64,000 nucleotides of DNA, from the IMG/VR virus record IMGVR_UViG_3300047382_000480, positions 64,001 through 128,000 of that record; one strand, 5' to 3'. The stretch is from a virus. Positions within the stretch are counted from its first letter, which is position 1; each line of letters begins with the position of its first letter. This document shows, piece after piece, positions 9,883 through 19,534 of the stretch. A model generated the notes under the pieces. It did not search any database. It saw nothing but the letters and a program-made list of their open reading frames with translations, and was not told the DNA's origin. The position numbers and the translations under genes are program-made.

Positions 9883-12800
9883 CTATTTCTCCATTTCCTT
9901 CATTTTCGTTTCTAACTCACCAACCTTTTTCGTTAATTCTTTTATTGACTCAATCAATAAAGGTGTCAGCTTGTCGTAATGAACACTTTTATAGTCTTCT
10001 CCAAACTCGTCTTGACCTACCGCAGATTTAGTTACAATCTCAGGTAATACTTCCTCAACCTCTTGAGCAGATACACCGACCTCTAGTTCGGTATTATCCA
10101 CACCCAAAGAATGCGCTAATGCGTTTGGTGTATAGTAATATCCTGTGAGTTTATTAACTTTATCTAGAGCATCTGGAATTGCGCCCTTCAAGTCTTTTAG
10201 TCTTTCGTCAGAGTAATACGCAGTCACATTACCTGTAGCAACAATATCACCGACAACATGGAGTGCTTCGGCTGGAACAGAAGTTCCTATCCCAAGCCTA
10301 CCATTACCCTTAAATCGGAACTTTTCAGAACCTGCACCAAAGTGCATCTTTATATCATGAGCAGCACCATTCAAAGTTGCGTATGAGTCTATTTGAGTTG
10401 TCCCATTAGAACAACTCAACCCAGTGGTAGAATCAGTACCACTAGTGTTTACAACCTGCAAACCACCAGAAGATGAGCTTGTTCCTGAGGTATTGATATT
10501 CGCTTTAATGGTGGCACCAGAGGTGCCAGTAACTGTTAAATTCGCATTATTGACAGCTGTATTTCCATTAAGGTTAATAAATTTAGTAGTAGTATTTGAT
10601 GTTGGACCAATATTAATGTTGGTTGTTCCACCATTATGAAAGTTTGTCCCTATATTGACATTTTTTATGACATTAGTGCTACCAGAATTTGCCCCAATGG
10701 CAATATTATCATTTGTCGTAGTGTTATTGCCGTGAGATTGCGTCGTGGTAATAGTCTTTGTTGTTAATAGGCTAGGAACTGTCAGAATCGCATTATTTTT
10801 AAGTTCGACTGAAGGTATACCTTGATCATTAGCGACCTCAAAAACTTCGGTCATAGTCCCGTTGAGAGCAACATTAAATTTAAGACTTCCGTCTTCAGAA
10901 GTATAGGCATGATCTATTATTGAAGAAGATATACTTGCATAATCGGCAGGCGTGCCATTAACCGCTGGTGCGTTAAATTGAATTGATCCAATATTGCTAC
11001 CCTCAGCGACAGTAGCAGTCCTTACTAATTCAATTATTGGGAAAGTGCTTGTCGTTGTTGATGTAGTCTCTACTGTGACTTTACCAGAGTCAGTAGACCC
11101 ATGGCTTGTAAACGCAGTATTTCCAGCGATTTCAGATCTGGCAGATGGAGAAGCATTAAGTTGAATTTTTGTAGCACTACCACTAGCTGGAGATCCTAAC
11201 CTAGATTCAATAAGAATGTAACCATGACTGTCATTTATATCTGAAAGACCACCTGTGTCAATTCTAGACCCAGCTCTTATAACAGAACCATTGCTTGTGG
11301 TTCCTGCTACTCCGGAGTAATTATTATTACTTAAAATTCGAAAAGCTGCAACACTTGTTGGGGTGTTATGTTGTGTTCCTTTCAGCGTTAATGGCACAGT
11401 CCCTAGCGTAGAAGAAGGAATATATCCAATTGCTACTGGCTTGCTTATGTGACTATCGCCTTCGCTGTCAAACCTTATGGTCTCATCGTGAGTATCAGAT
11501 GAGGAATTACCTGTCGTTTGATACATAGATAATCTAGAGCTGTCTCCAGAACTCTCTAGAACAAGCGACTCTAGCTTATCGTAATCTGTTATTGTACCAC
11601 CACCAGTGTAGCTGGCATTATCTGAATTTCTTATAACTGTTTCAAACAAAGTTATCTTACCATCACCCTCGCATCTAATTCCAGGATTAGCATGATCGGG
11701 AGTAGTGGTGTACCTAATATCAAAGAATCCACCAGAATTGAGTTGAGTAAATGTGGTATTACCATTAATATCAATTGTATGAGTGCCACCAGTATTTGTT
11801 GCACTCGCGCCACCGATTGTCACTGCCGTATTTGCTGATGAAGACCCAGTTGGTGCTGCTATGTCTACGTTTGTGGTGCTAGTGCTTTGACCCGAACTAG
11901 CGATATTGATGGTTTGAGTTGTATTACCTTCTGTTGCGGCATCACCGATATTAATGGTGTTAGCTTTGGTGCTGTTACCGACAGTGATTGTACCAGTTTT
12001 TGTACTACTACCTAATGTGATTGGTTTATCGTCACGACCGCTCATAACAATCCCATTAGCATAACTCATTTGCAATTCTGTAGCACCAGCTGTATTGAAG
12101 GTAATGTTATTGGTCAGTGATGGTGGGTTACCATCATCAACAATTATTATACTAGTATCATTTTTAATAATTCTATCAAAGGTGGTGTTACCTGCCATCG
12201 CAGTTGTAGCAGTTGTGCCTATTTGTAGTGTAGTTACAGCACCAGTATTTCCATCAACACTTGTTACTGCATCTGTGGGTGTAGCAAGTAGTGTGAAGTT
12301 TGTCATATCATGTGGATCAGTAGTTCCACTATTCCGCATGTATGTTTTGTTTTCGTCAGTACGAACTACAACATCACCTTCTTCTGTTGTCAAGGCAAGT
12401 TGTGCAGATTCGCTTGCTGCAGTTTGTACTGTCGTAAGAGCAGTTGCTGCCATGTTACTCACAGGCAATGTTCCAGTTACTTGCGATGATAAATCAAGAC
12501 TACCACCTATTGCACTTAGAGCAGTATTACCCGCCATCGCAGTTGTGGCAGTTGTACCAATTTGCAATAGTGAAGTATCGCCCGCTAGAGCAGTCGTTGA
12601 TGTTGTACCTAATGCTAGTAGTGCAGTATCACCTGCGAGTGCAGTTGTTGATGTTGTACCTAGTTCTAATAATGCAGTATCACCTGCGAGTGCAGTTGTT
12701 GATGTTGTACCTAGTTCTAATAATGCAGTATCACCCGCAAGAGCAGTCGTTCCTGTTGTGCCTAACTGAAGTAATGAAGTATCACCCGCAAGAGCAGTTG

Positions 12801-15012
12801 TTGATGTTGTACCAAGTTGTAGTAAGGCTGTATCGCCCGCAAGTGCTGTCGTTGATGATGTACCAAGTTGCAATAGTGCGGTATCGCCTGCCAATGCTGT
12901 AGTGGAACTTGTACCTAATTGCAATAATGAAGTGTTACCAGCTAGTGCTGTAGTAGAAGTTGTACCTAACTGAAGTAATGAAGTATCACCTGCCAATGCT
13001 GTAGTAGAAGTTGTGCCAAGTTGTAATAATGAAGTGTTACCAGCTAGTGCTGTTGTTGCGGTTGTACCTAATTGTAGTGTTGTGACTGCGCCAGTATTTC
13101 CGTCGACGCTTGTTACTGAATCAGTTGGAGTCGCAAGAAGTGTAAAATCTGCCATTGTTCCTGCAGAACCACCATTATGCATATATGTTTTATTTTGGTC
13201 AGTCCGAACTACAACATCGCCTTCTTCTGTTGTTAGAGCCAGTTGTGCAGCTTCATCCGCAGCAGTCTGTATTGTTGTAAGTGCTGTTGCTGCCATGTTG
13301 CTGACAGGAAGAATTCCAGTCACCTGTGTAGATGCGTCAATAGAAAGTGCAGATTGATGTGCAGTTACGTCAGTTTCGCTAACAGTTTTTTTATACCCTG
13401 CATTCCCTACAAGAGTGTCTAGTGACCCAGTAATTGCCTGATTTGATGAATTACCGATAAAAATATCGCCATCGTCGAGATTGGGTGTAGCATTAGTTCT
13501 TCCCGCACCCATAATCTTAATAGAACCAGAAGTTGCGTGTACTCTAGTGACCTTTGCGATTTTCTGTATGAGGTTTGCACTTCCTGATGGTGCTGTATTA
13601 ACTAACACCCCAGCTGTTGAAGCTGATACATATAATTCATCATTGATCGAAAAACTACTTGTGTCTATACCAGACAATGTGCCAAAGGTATAAACATCAA
13701 CATTTGCATTAGCATTCGCAGCCGTGGAAACAATACCAAATGCTGGCATTTTAGCAGCATCACTTGCATTTGCCTTAGCAACTTGCGTTTGATTGCCTGT
13801 TGTATCGTACTGATCAATATAAACAACATCGCCTTTAGCCAGACCTTCACTTGCCTTAGCTTTAAATAATACCGCTCCTCGAACATCACCAATAAATTCA
13901 TCAGCCTCAACATCACCAGTAACTTCTACACCATCATTTGTTGTCTGTAATCTTGAGGAATTATTATAATATAATCTGATAAATGGAGAAGTTCCAGGCA
14001 TAGTAAATGCGGCAAGGGCTCTCTGCCTAGAATCGTTTTCTAGAAATATACCATTTCCGTCACTAGAAAGATAAAGTCCATTGGTGCCCACATCTTTGAT
14101 TACAGACCTTCCATCTCCAACAGCTTCACTAGTTGTGTCGTGGTAAATAAGTAAGTCATTGCTATCACCAAACTTAGCTTTTACGTCATCCCCGAATGAT
14201 ATATCACCAGTAAACGTAGCACCAGATAATTCTGCATATCTACCATCAAAGTCTGTAGTAACTGTACTGTTGTCAGATTTAGTGAGAGTGAGTACTCCAT
14301 CAGAAGTTTCGAAAGATGCTGATGTTATACCAACAGCACTACCGCCACCATCTGCACCAACCCACTTTGATAAAGACGAGTCATATTTCAGAAATTTACC
14401 ATCCACGAGGGCAGTTGAACGATCTACATCGTCCATATCTTTTATTTTTACTGCACCACCGCCACCAGAACCTTGCATACCTAATCTAAGGCTTGAAATA
14501 GATTTCTTAACATCTTCGATTTGTTTCTCAAGTGATTTCATTTTCACTTGATCTTCAGATAATTCAACACGCTTAGTTTTAAGGTAGTCTAATGCTTGCT
14601 CGTGTAATGGTGTTTCAGCTAACTCTTCAAGGTTCTCTGTTTCTTTGATTATTTCTTCTTCAGATTCTTCAACTAATTCTTCAATTTCCACTAAAGGTTC
14701 TTCAACGATTTCCTCTACTGGGTCTTGGATCTTATCTTCGGTGAAAGTCTCCTCAATATCTTCTGAGACTATCTGTGGCTGGACTTCTTCTTTCACTGTT
14801 GGTGATGTGAGCCATGCTTCCATGGCAGCAATTTCTCGCTTCTGGTTTTCCTCTTGCTCTTTCAACTGCTTGAGTTCAGAAGAAAATGCTTCTAAGAAGT
14901 CTTGCTTCAGATCTTCTGATTTCTTCTTAGTTTTATTTTTCTTTTTCTTTTCTTCTGCAGAATTCTTAGCCTTTTCTTCGGCTAACATCTTAAACAGATC
15001 ATTCATATCCAT
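9883..15012 (-). CDS. Long tail fibre with internal repeats and C-terminal intramolecular chaperone (peptidase S74-type)
   Basis: C-terminal YYSDERLK...GVSAQEV..VLPE...YDKLTPLLIESIKEL; GRLGIGT..P...LHVVG fibre motif; 17-aa repeats. Confidence 0.88.
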   Translation of the reverse strand: MDMNDLFKMLAEEKAKNSAEEKKKKNKTKKKSEDLKQDFLEAFSSELKQLKEQEENQKREIAAMEAWLTSPTVKEEVQPQIVSEDIEETFTEDKIQDPVEEIVEEPLVEIEELVEESEEEIIKETENLEELAETPLHEQALDYLKTKRVELSEDQVKMKSLEKQIEDVKKSISSLRLGMQGSGGGGAVKIKDMDDVDRSTALVDGKFLKYDSSLSKWVGADGGGSAVGITSASFETSDGVLTLTKSDNSTVTTDFDGRYAELSGATFTGDISFGDDVKAKFGDSNDLLIYHDTTSEAVGDGRSVIKDVGTNGLYLSSDGNGIFLENDSRQRALAAFTMPGTSPFIRLYYNNSSRLQTTNDGVEVTGDVEADEFIGDVRGAVLFKAKASEGLAKGDVVYIDQYDTTGNQTQVAKANASDAAKMPAFGIVSTAANANANVDVYTFGTLSGIDTSSFSINDELYVSASTAGVLVNTAPSGSANLIQKIAKVTRVHATSGSIKIMGAGRTNATPNLDDGDIFIGNSSNQAITGSLDTLVGNAGYKKTVSETDVTAHQSALSIDASTQVTGILPVSNMAATALTTIQTAADEAAQLALTTEEGDVVVRTDQNKTYMHNGGSAGTMADFTLLATPTDSVTSVDGNTGAVTTLQLGTTATTALAGNTSLLQLGTTSTTALAGDTSLLQLGTTSTTALAGNTSLLQLGTSSTTALAGDTALLQLGTSSTTALAGDTALLQLGTTSTTALAGDTSLLQLGTTGTTALAGDTALLELGTTSTTALAGDTALLELGTTSTTALAGDTALLALGTTSTTALAGDTSLLQIGTTATTAMAGNTALSAIGGSLDLSSQVTGTLPVSNMAATALTTVQTAASESAQLALTTEEGDVVVRTDENKTYMRNSGTTDPHDMTNFTLLATPTDAVTSVDGNTGAVTTLQIGTTATTAMAGNTTFDRIIKNDTSIIIVDDGNPPSLTNNITFNTAGATELQMSYANGIVMSGRDDKPITLGSSTKTGTITVGNSTKANTINIGDAATEGNTTQTINIASSGQSTSTTNVDIAAPTGSSSANTAVTIGGASATNTGGTHTIDINGNTTFTQLNSGGFFDIRYTTTPDHANPGIRCEGDGKITLFETVIRNSDNASYTGGGTITDYDKLESLVLESSGDSSRLSMYQTTGNSSSDTHDETIRFDSEGDSHISKPVAIGYIPSSTLGTVPLTLKGTQHNTPTSVAAFRILSNNNYSGVAGTTSNGSVIRAGSRIDTGGLSDINDSHGYILIESRLGSPASGSATKIQLNASPSARSEIAGNTAFTSHGSTDSGKVTVETTSTTTSTFPIIELVRTATVAEGSNIGSIQFNAPAVNGTPADYASISSSIIDHAYTSEDGSLKFNVALNGTMTEVFEVANDQGIPSVELKNNAILTVPSLLTTKTITTTQSHGNNTTTNDNIAIGANSGSTNVIKNVNIGTNFHNGGTTNINIGPTSNTTTKFINLNGNTAVNNANLTVTGTSGATIKANINTSGTSSSSGGLQVVNTSGTDSTTGLSCSNGTTQIDSYATLNGAAHDIKMHFGAGSEKFRFKGNGRLGIGTSVPAEALHVVGDIVATGNVTAYYSDERLKDLKGAIPDALDKVNKLTGYYYTPNALAHSLGVDNTELEVGVSAQEVEEVLPEIVTKSAVGQDEFGEDYKSVHYDKLTPLLIESIKELTKKVGELETKMKEMEK
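12520..13080 (-). repeat. 11 tandem 51-bp coding repeats (LLQLGTTSTTALAGDTx)
   Basis: Counted in the translation; units 12622-12672 and 12673-12723 are identical at DNA level. Confidence 0.95.
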
Positions 15013-15018
15013 GATAAA

Positions 15019-15348
15019 TTATGCCTTTGTTACTTGGGGTGTGACTGTGAGTATTCCTTCTACAACTCGTATAGTTTCCGACCCTGATGCACTTTCAACA
15101 TCGTAAACGTAACGACCTGCCTTCAAATTTCCAGTTTGCGTAGCTGTCAATGAGAGAGTTATCACTCCCGTACCATTTACTTGAGATGTCGTGAAACTGG
15201 TTGAGGTAGAACTATAATAACTCTTTCTTATTTGTGCAGTTGTTGTATAACCAGAAAGATTTTTTGCTGAACCAGTGCTATCCTTCGCTGTCACATCAAC
15301 GGAAAATGTTGTACCTTGATCAATTACAATATTCTTTTGAGTCGCCAT
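15019..15348 (-). CDS. Small virion structural protein (BppU N-terminal-like)
   Basis: NIVIDQGTTF...AQIRKSY...GRYVYDV...RVVEG.LTVTP; ATG at 15348 preceded by GGAG. Confidence 0.7.
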   Translation of the reverse strand: MATQKNIVIDQGTTFSVDVTAKDSTGSAKNLSGYTTTAQIRKSYYSSTSTSFTTSQVNGTGVITLSLTATQTGNLKAGRYVYDVESASGSETIRVVEGILTVTPQVTKA

Positions 15349-15397
15349 ATCTTTTGCTCCGAACAATGATACTGGTATTTATACGAATAAAAAAGAC

Positions 15398-15425
15398 TTG
15401 ACTTTCGGGCGAAAAAAAGTATAAT
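15398..15425 (+). promoter_or_regulatory. Sigma70-type promoter for glycosyltransferase operon
   Basis: TTGACT-N16-TATAAT, overlapping a late-like AATAAATA. Confidence 0.7.
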
Positions 15426-15435
15426 AAATAAGGTT

Positions 15436-16122
15436 ATGAAAAATATTTTTATGCTTTTATATGGAGACAAATACAACCACGAAGATGTTAATCGCATAGT
15501 CGAGGCAACTAATTGTCAAACAAAATATAATTACATCTTATACACCGACAATCCTGGGATGGATAATCTGCACCCGCAAATTGAAACTGTGAAGATTGAC
15601 TCAGACTGGGGAACTTTCAACAAAATTAAAATGTTTGAAAGAGATAATGTCGGAGAATGTGTATATTTAGATTTAGATATTATTATTCAATATCCAAATA
15701 TCGATATTCTATTTCACAAAGGGGTTCAAAAACCTGCTATTTGTAAAACATACTGGAAACACGAAGGATTTGAAGCTGAACATGATGGTGGAGATTTCAA
15801 TTCGAGCGTAATGAGTTGGAATTCATCGAATGCGAAACATATTTACGAACATTTTATGAAGAATCCAGATTATTTTATAACAAAATATAAAGGTTGTGAT
15901 GATAAATATTTGTTCCACGAACATAAAGATAATTTTTCAAATTATGGTCGAGGTAAAATATATTCTTATATGTATGGGATAGATCATAAAACTGATGTGA
16001 GCCCACGTGCTAAGAAATATCACGAATTTGCTTCAATCTGTTTGTTGAATGGTCAAGAAAACTATGATTTTGATTTGAGGTCTGATTACTATTTTAACCT
16101 TTCTAACAATAAAGTGGGGTAA
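15436..16122 (+). CDS. GT-A-like glycosyltransferase, paralog 1
   Basis: YGDKY, YTDN, YLDLD (DxD), FNSSVM. Confidence 0.75.
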   Translation: MKNIFMLLYGDKYNHEDVNRIVEATNCQTKYNYILYTDNPGMDNLHPQIETVKIDSDWGTFNKIKMFERDNVGECVYLDLDIIIQYPNIDILFHKGVQKPAICKTYWKHEGFEAEHDGGDFNSSVMSWNSSNAKHIYEHFMKNPDYFITKYKGCDDKYLFHEHKDNFSNYGRGKIYSYMYGIDHKTDVSPRAKKYHEFASICLLNGQENYDFDLRSDYYFNLSNNKVG

Positions 16123-17482
16123 AAAATACTCACCTGAATATGTGAATAACCTATATGGTATGATTGACGCAAATTATGTTAATCAATTTAAAATGGTATG
16201 TTTCACAGACGATCCAGAGGGTATTAGGGAAGAAGTAGATACTCACCCCATCCCAGACATTGAACCACTACACCCGAAATATTGGTTTGAAAAAGAAAAC
16301 TACTGCTGGGATCGTAGTAAATTTCTTTTATTCAACGCAAAGGAATGGTTAAATGAAGATGGTCCATTTTGCTATTTCGATCTAGATGTAATCATTCAAT
16401 CTTCTATTGACGAGTTTTACGAACTTGCGTTTGAACCGCATATTTTATATTCTCATTGGCAACCAGAAGGTCAAATAAAAGATAGAAGATTTAGAAACAT
16501 CAGAGGAACATACTTCAATTCTAGTTGTATGCTTTGGTGGTCTGATCAAACAAAGAAAATTTACGAAGATGTTGTGAGTAATCCAGATATCTTTACAATT
16601 TTTTACAAAGGTTCTGACAACTACCATCAATGGAGAAGACCAGCTGGAGCAAATTTCTGGAACTTCTTACCGCATGAATGGTACTATAGCTACAATTATG
16701 AAGATACTAATTATGATGCCAAACTTGCGCTGTTCAATCAAAATGTAATCAAAAACGATAATTCCATATCTATTGAAGATCTAGAAGATTCAATTCTTCT
16801 GAATCATTGGTACGGAAAATATGATATGTACAAGGATGTCCCTTCTAGGATAGTTTTAGAACTTTCAAACAAATACAATGATACAGAAAATAAATTCAAT
16901 GACCTGTTTGTAGAAGAAGACGAACTCACTCTTGACGAAATAAAAAGAATATTTGCAGACCCACCAGAATATGTAACTTTACTGACAACACTTTCTAAAC
17001 CTGAAAGATGTAAAGACTACTCAAAGATAGTTGATTGGTTTAAAAGCGTGGGGACTGAGGTAATTGAACCCCCGATGGATTTTCGAGTAAATGAAACCAC
17101 ACATGGCTCACACCCCAACACAGATATTAATAAAGACCTCATAACAAGGGAAAACATAAAAACATTTAAGCAAAAAGAAGAATATAGAAACATCACAAAA
17201 GAAGAAAACTGGGTAATTGATTGTGAAGCCAGAAACGAGAATATGGCTTATATCAATGCAAAGGGGCAAGTTTTCCCTTGTTCGTATATTGCTAGAGATA
17301 TTTTAGAAAACAGATTATATCCTTTGCACCCAATAGACTACCCATACAATCCTAAATACAACAACGCCAAATCCTTTTTGTTGAAGGATATTGTATATAA
17401 TGCAGACTTCGAATGTTATAATGATAGTCTGAAAAAAGACCCTTTGAAAATTTGTAAAGAGACTTGTGGAAGATGCGTGTAA
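16091..17482 (+). CDS. Glycosyltransferase paralog 2 fused to degenerate radical-SAM/SPASM-like region
   Basis: Frame is open upstream of the track start (ILTFLTIKWGKKYSPEYVNN); FTDDP, YFDLD, FNSSCM; C-terminal C...YINAKGQVFPC...CKETC. Confidence 0.72.
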   Translation: MLTFLTIKWGKKYSPEYVNNLYGMIDANYVNQFKMVCFTDDPEGIREEVDTHPIPDIEPLHPKYWFEKENYCWDRSKFLLFNAKEWLNEDGPFCYFDLDVIIQSSIDEFYELAFEPHILYSHWQPEGQIKDRRFRNIRGTYFNSSCMLWWSDQTKKIYEDVVSNPDIFTIFYKGSDNYHQWRRPAGANFWNFLPHEWYYSYNYEDTNYDAKLALFNQNVIKNDNSISIEDLEDSILLNHWYGKYDMYKDVPSRIVLELSNKYNDTENKFNDLFVEEDELTLDEIKRIFADPPEYVTLLTTLSKPERCKDYSKIVDWFKSVGTEVIEPPMDFRVNETTHGSHPNTDINKDLITRENIKTFKQKEEYRNITKEENWVIDCEARNENMAYINAKGQVFPCSYIARDILENRLYPLHPIDYPYNPKYNNAKSFLLKDIVYNADFECYNDSLKKDPLKICKETCGRCV

Positions 17483-18273
17483 ATTTTGTATGTGCTAAGT
17501 GGGGAGAAAAATATGGTGCGCACTTTGTCAATCGTTTAAAAAACATGGCAAAGAGAAACACCCCCGAACAATTTGATGTGCATTTCTACTGCTACACAGA
17601 TGACCCGACTGGAATTGACCAAGACGTAAAAATAATAGAATTCCCAGACATTCCAAATATCCACCCAAAATACTGGTTTGGTTTAGAAGATTACAAATAC
17701 GGCATGGCTCGTTGTTGGGACAGAGCAAAAACCTTTGTTTTCAATACACATAACTTTGCAAAAGATAAACCAACTGGTCGATTTGTGTTTTTTGATTTAG
17801 ACGTAATCATTCAAAATGATCTAACTCCAATCATAACATACAATATGGAACAACCAACAAAAATGCGCTCTTGGTGGCAAGACCCAAGACCTATGGATAC
17901 CCGAAGATTTAAATTATCTCATGGAGCGTTTACAAACGGAAGCTGTAAGGTTTGGAGTGACGATCAATGTGAGCCTATATGGAATGATGTACTTAAACAT
18001 CAGGAAAAGATCTGGTTTACATTTACAGACGGCACTGATAATTACCATAGTTGGCGTTGGAAAGAACTATGGGATTATTTTCCTAGTTGGATGGCATACT
18101 CATACAATCGTGGTCGTTCTTGGGATGAAGACGATTTAAACGTAGGAATATACAGAAACAATTGTATCCTTTGCGTATTTAATGTAGACCTTCTACCATT
18201 TGAAGATGGATCTAGGGGAAAAACAAAACAAGACGATTTGGTAGACCCCAAGTTATTGGAGCATTGGCAATGA
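17473..18273 (+). CDS. Glycosyltransferase paralog 3
   Basis: MRVNFVCAKWGEKY, YTDDP, FFDLD. Confidence 0.75.
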   Translation: MRVNFVCAKWGEKYGAHFVNRLKNMAKRNTPEQFDVHFYCYTDDPTGIDQDVKIIEFPDIPNIHPKYWFGLEDYKYGMARCWDRAKTFVFNTHNFAKDKPTGRFVFFDLDVIIQNDLTPIITYNMEQPTKMRSWWQDPRPMDTRRFKLSHGAFTNGSCKVWSDDQCEPIWNDVLKHQEKIWFTFTDGTDNYHSWRWKELWDYFPSWMAYSYNRGRSWDEDDLNVGIYRNNCILCVFNVDLLPFEDGSRGKTKQDDLVDPKLLEHWQ

Positions 18274-18863
18274 GTTATGAATACAGAAAGTTTAGAGACA
18301 AGGAATGGCTTTGGCCAAAGGAAGATTACCATTGTTGGAAACACTTGACAAAACAGCACCCAGATATCCCGATACAAATATTAGTTATGATTGGTGGTGC
18401 TGATACAGTCGTTCAGGCTGGAGGAAATTGTGGACTATACACTGCGCAATATGCATCTCATGTAAATGAGGTATTAACATTCGAACCAGATTTGGTCAAT
18501 TATCACTGTTTGAAAGAAAATTTAAAAGAATATAATAATGTAACAATGCACCCATTTGCACTTGGAAGTAAAGAAGCAGTTGTTGGAATTAAAATAGATA
18601 GGGTTAATACTGGTGCTTCTTCAGTTTCAGAACAATTAGATGGAAAAATAAAACAAGTTCCCTTAGATAATTATGATATTGATCCTGATTTGATCCACTT
18701 AGATATCGAAGGGATGGAAAAAAACGCATTAGAGGGCATGACGAGGATATTGAAGAAATATCGCCCAGCGGTCGTAGTAGAAAGAAACAATGGCGGTGAT
18801 TTATTATTAGAACTTGGCTACAAAAAAATCGCTAATATTGGATTAGATTGGTTGTACGTGTGA
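18270..18863 (+). CDS. FkbM-family methyltransferase
   Basis: VVQAGGNCG, FEPD, IHLDIEGME, P.VVVE. Confidence 0.85.
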   Translation: MSYEYRKFRDKEWLWPKEDYHCWKHLTKQHPDIPIQILVMIGGADTVVQAGGNCGLYTAQYASHVNEVLTFEPDLVNYHCLKENLKEYNNVTMHPFALGSKEAVVGIKIDRVNTGASSVSEQLDGKIKQVPLDNYDIDPDLIHLDIEGMEKNALEGMTRILKKYRPAVVVERNNGGDLLLELGYKKIANIGLDWLYV

Positions 18864-19534
18864 ACATCTATACAGTAAAATGGGGTACAAAATATTCTTC
18901 TGAATATGTAAATAAGATAGCAGAAGATCTCCAATCCCTTTCCCCAGAATCGCATAAAAAGGTTTTTTGCATAACCGACGATCCATCTGGACTCAGCGAT
19001 CTTGTTGAGCCAATACTCATACCAGAGGAAAATGATTTAGAAAAATGGTGGAACAAAATGTATTTGTTTTCTCCACTAGTAAGCCAAGAAGGGGAAAAAC
19101 TTTTTTTTGACCTCGATATACTAATCCAAAAAGAAATAAAACCCTTCGAGGAATTTGACCCAGAAAACTGCCTCGGGATTGTAAAGACTTGGTGGCATGA
19201 CCTAGAAAGGATGAAAGAAGAAACAAAACACGTTCCTCACAAATTCAGTGATATAAACTCAAGCATTTTAAGATGGAACGAAAATTTTGATTCAGAAAAA
19301 CTTTGGGAATACTTTAATAAATATAAGCAACAGATACTTTGGCAATATCGTGGTATTGATAATTTTCTTTGTGATAAGAACATAATCCCCATGAAACTTT
19401 TCCCAATAGGATGGGTATATAGTTTCAATCAAGGTTATATCTTTCCGCAAGACACTGAAAAGCACGTGTATCGAGAGATTCCGTATATTTGCTTGTTTGA
19501 CTCTATGGGTAAAAGTGAAGATGTTAAAATCTAA
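18860..19534 (+). CDS. Glycosyltransferase paralog 4
   Basis: KWGTKY, ITDDP, WWNKM.LF, FFDLD, INSSIL. Confidence 0.75.
   Translation: MNIYTVKWGTKYSSEYVNKIAEDLQSLSPESHKKVFCITDDPSGLSDLVEPILIPEENDLEKWWNKMYLFSPLVSQEGEKLFFDLDILIQKEIKPFEEFDPENCLGIVKTWWHDLERMKEETKHVPHKFSDINSSILRWNENFDSEKLWEYFNKYKQQILWQYRGIDNFLCDKNIIPMKLFPIGWVYSFNQGYIFPQDTEKHVYREIPYICLFDSMGKSEDVKI

Noticed and set aside
12520-13080. 51-bp repeat array as a CRISPR array
   Set aside because: No unique spacers; units are in frame and vary mainly at synonymous positions inside a fibre gene
12095-15106. Long plus-strand ORFs antisense to the fibre gene (e.g. 12095..12769)
   Set aside because: Antisense shadows produced by codon bias and repeats; no RBS or family motifs. 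The same applies to most short opposite-strand ORFs in the track
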